Source: an uncultured delta proteobacterium
GTDB taxonomy: Bacteria; Desulfobacterota; WTBG01; CAIYCZ01
DNA: 64,000 nt
Assembly: GCA_963803975.1 (NCBI GenBank)
Contig: CAWDOY010000005.1
Location: 1 to 64,000, forward strand
Reading direction: 5' to 3'
A program made the position numbers and the translations under genes. This document shows, piece after piece, positions 63,255-64,000 of this stretch. Position 1 is the first letter of the stretch. Each line of letters begins with the position of its first letter. The notes beneath the pieces are model-generated. The model did no database searches, was not told the origin of the DNA, and was given only the letters and a program-made list of their open reading frames with translations.

Positions 63255-63426
63255 AAAAACCCTTTATATGGTTATTAAACCTTATACAAGCCTATATATA
63301 GGCCACTATATTTTGTCAAGAAAAAAAATACCTTTTTATGAAAATCTTTAAGGGAATATATAGATTATTACATAGATAAATCTGGGAATTTTGCTCTCAG
63401 ACTATTACATAGACATGGGATTTTGT

Positions 63427-63501
63427 TGTAGGAGTGGCTTTAGCCGCGAAACCATCCCTTCGGCTGCGCTCAGGACAGGCGCGCATAAATGCGCTCCTAC
63501 A
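63427..63501. repeat. GTAG-type REP-like doublet with nested 24-nt element
   Basis: tgtaggagtggctttagccgcga ... gcgcataaatgcgctcctaca. Confidence 0.65.
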
Positions 63502-63553
63502 GAAATTTCAAATATATTTGGTTTGATTTGCGGGAAAAATGTAATGGCAGGCT

Positions 63554-64000
63554 TTAGGGAACAAGTTCTTTCCAGTAATTGAGCGTAAGGGCTCCGGATG
63601 TGATAGTAAACGTGCCGTCATCTTCAAACACTCTTTTGGTCTATGCGGTAGGCATTCTGGACTTTGCCGGTACTGGTAACAGAATAGACAGGCGAGCTGT
63701 AACAAAACTCTGTGGTGGTAACATTACTGCCGGTCCAGCTTGTGGTCTGGGTGGGATTATATAAGGATGCATCACAGTTTTCTTGAACGTAACTTATCTC
63801 CGTGGCAGTTAGGTAGGCTGGTCTGCGTATCCAGAAAACGCGCAAAGCTCGAGCTGGTATCCGCAGGATTGGAACTGATCATGGAAGAAAACGGTGTTGT
63901 TGCCCTGCGGGTTATAATCGCACTTGCCAGCGTAGCAGGGTCTCGTTGCCCCAAGGCCCAGCGGGTCAAAGACTGCTTGCAGTACCTGCAGGGGAGCGGT
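63554..64000 (-). CDS. 3' part of a GspK/PilX-like minor pseudopilin (partial, frameshifted)
   Basis: Stitched frames give TAPLQVLQAVF..LASAIITRRATTPFSS..YSVTSTGKV..LNYWKE-stop. Confidence 0.5.

Noticed and set aside
1..64000. Many split genes as pseudogenes or programmed frameshifts (degT, M50, comEC, EFR1, ispA, pnp, pilY1, pilV, gspK-like)
   Set aside because: Indels hit housekeeping genes, both halves stay conserved, and no shared slippery motif is evident; sequencing error is the simplest explanation, though reads are needed to confirm.

Overview
Bacterial chromosome segment, most likely Desulfobacterota/'Deltaproteobacteria'. This is inferred from the gene orders xseA-xseB-ispA-dxs-tlyA and rimP-nusA-infB-DUF503-rbfA-truB-rpsO-pnp-M16 peptidase. 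Many genes, including housekeeping pnp and ispA, are split by small indels, which points to sequencing or assembly errors rather than decay. In order, the window holds: a membrane-domain/DegT aminotransferase fusion, an M50 protease with a MITE at its 3' end, a divergent HemF-like gene and comEC; an apparently complete C40 carotenoid cluster (flavodoxin/ferredoxin, GGPP synthase, crtYc/Yd, crtB, ispH, crtI, DUF2141, unusual GT1, crtZ) abutting the xseAB-ispA-dxs operon; a c-di-GMP-I riboswitch before an AT-rich FN3/PKD surface protein; the core translation operon, tRNA-Gly(CCC) and lepB; two tandem fimT-pilW-pilV-pilX-pilY1 cassettes with PA14-containing PilY1, a shared sigma54-like promoter and a near-identical internal tract; thiolase/crotonase; and an MSHA/T2SS-like operon with a MshEN ATPase. 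The best novelty candidates are the carotenoid-glycoside locus and the duplicated pilus-tip cassette.
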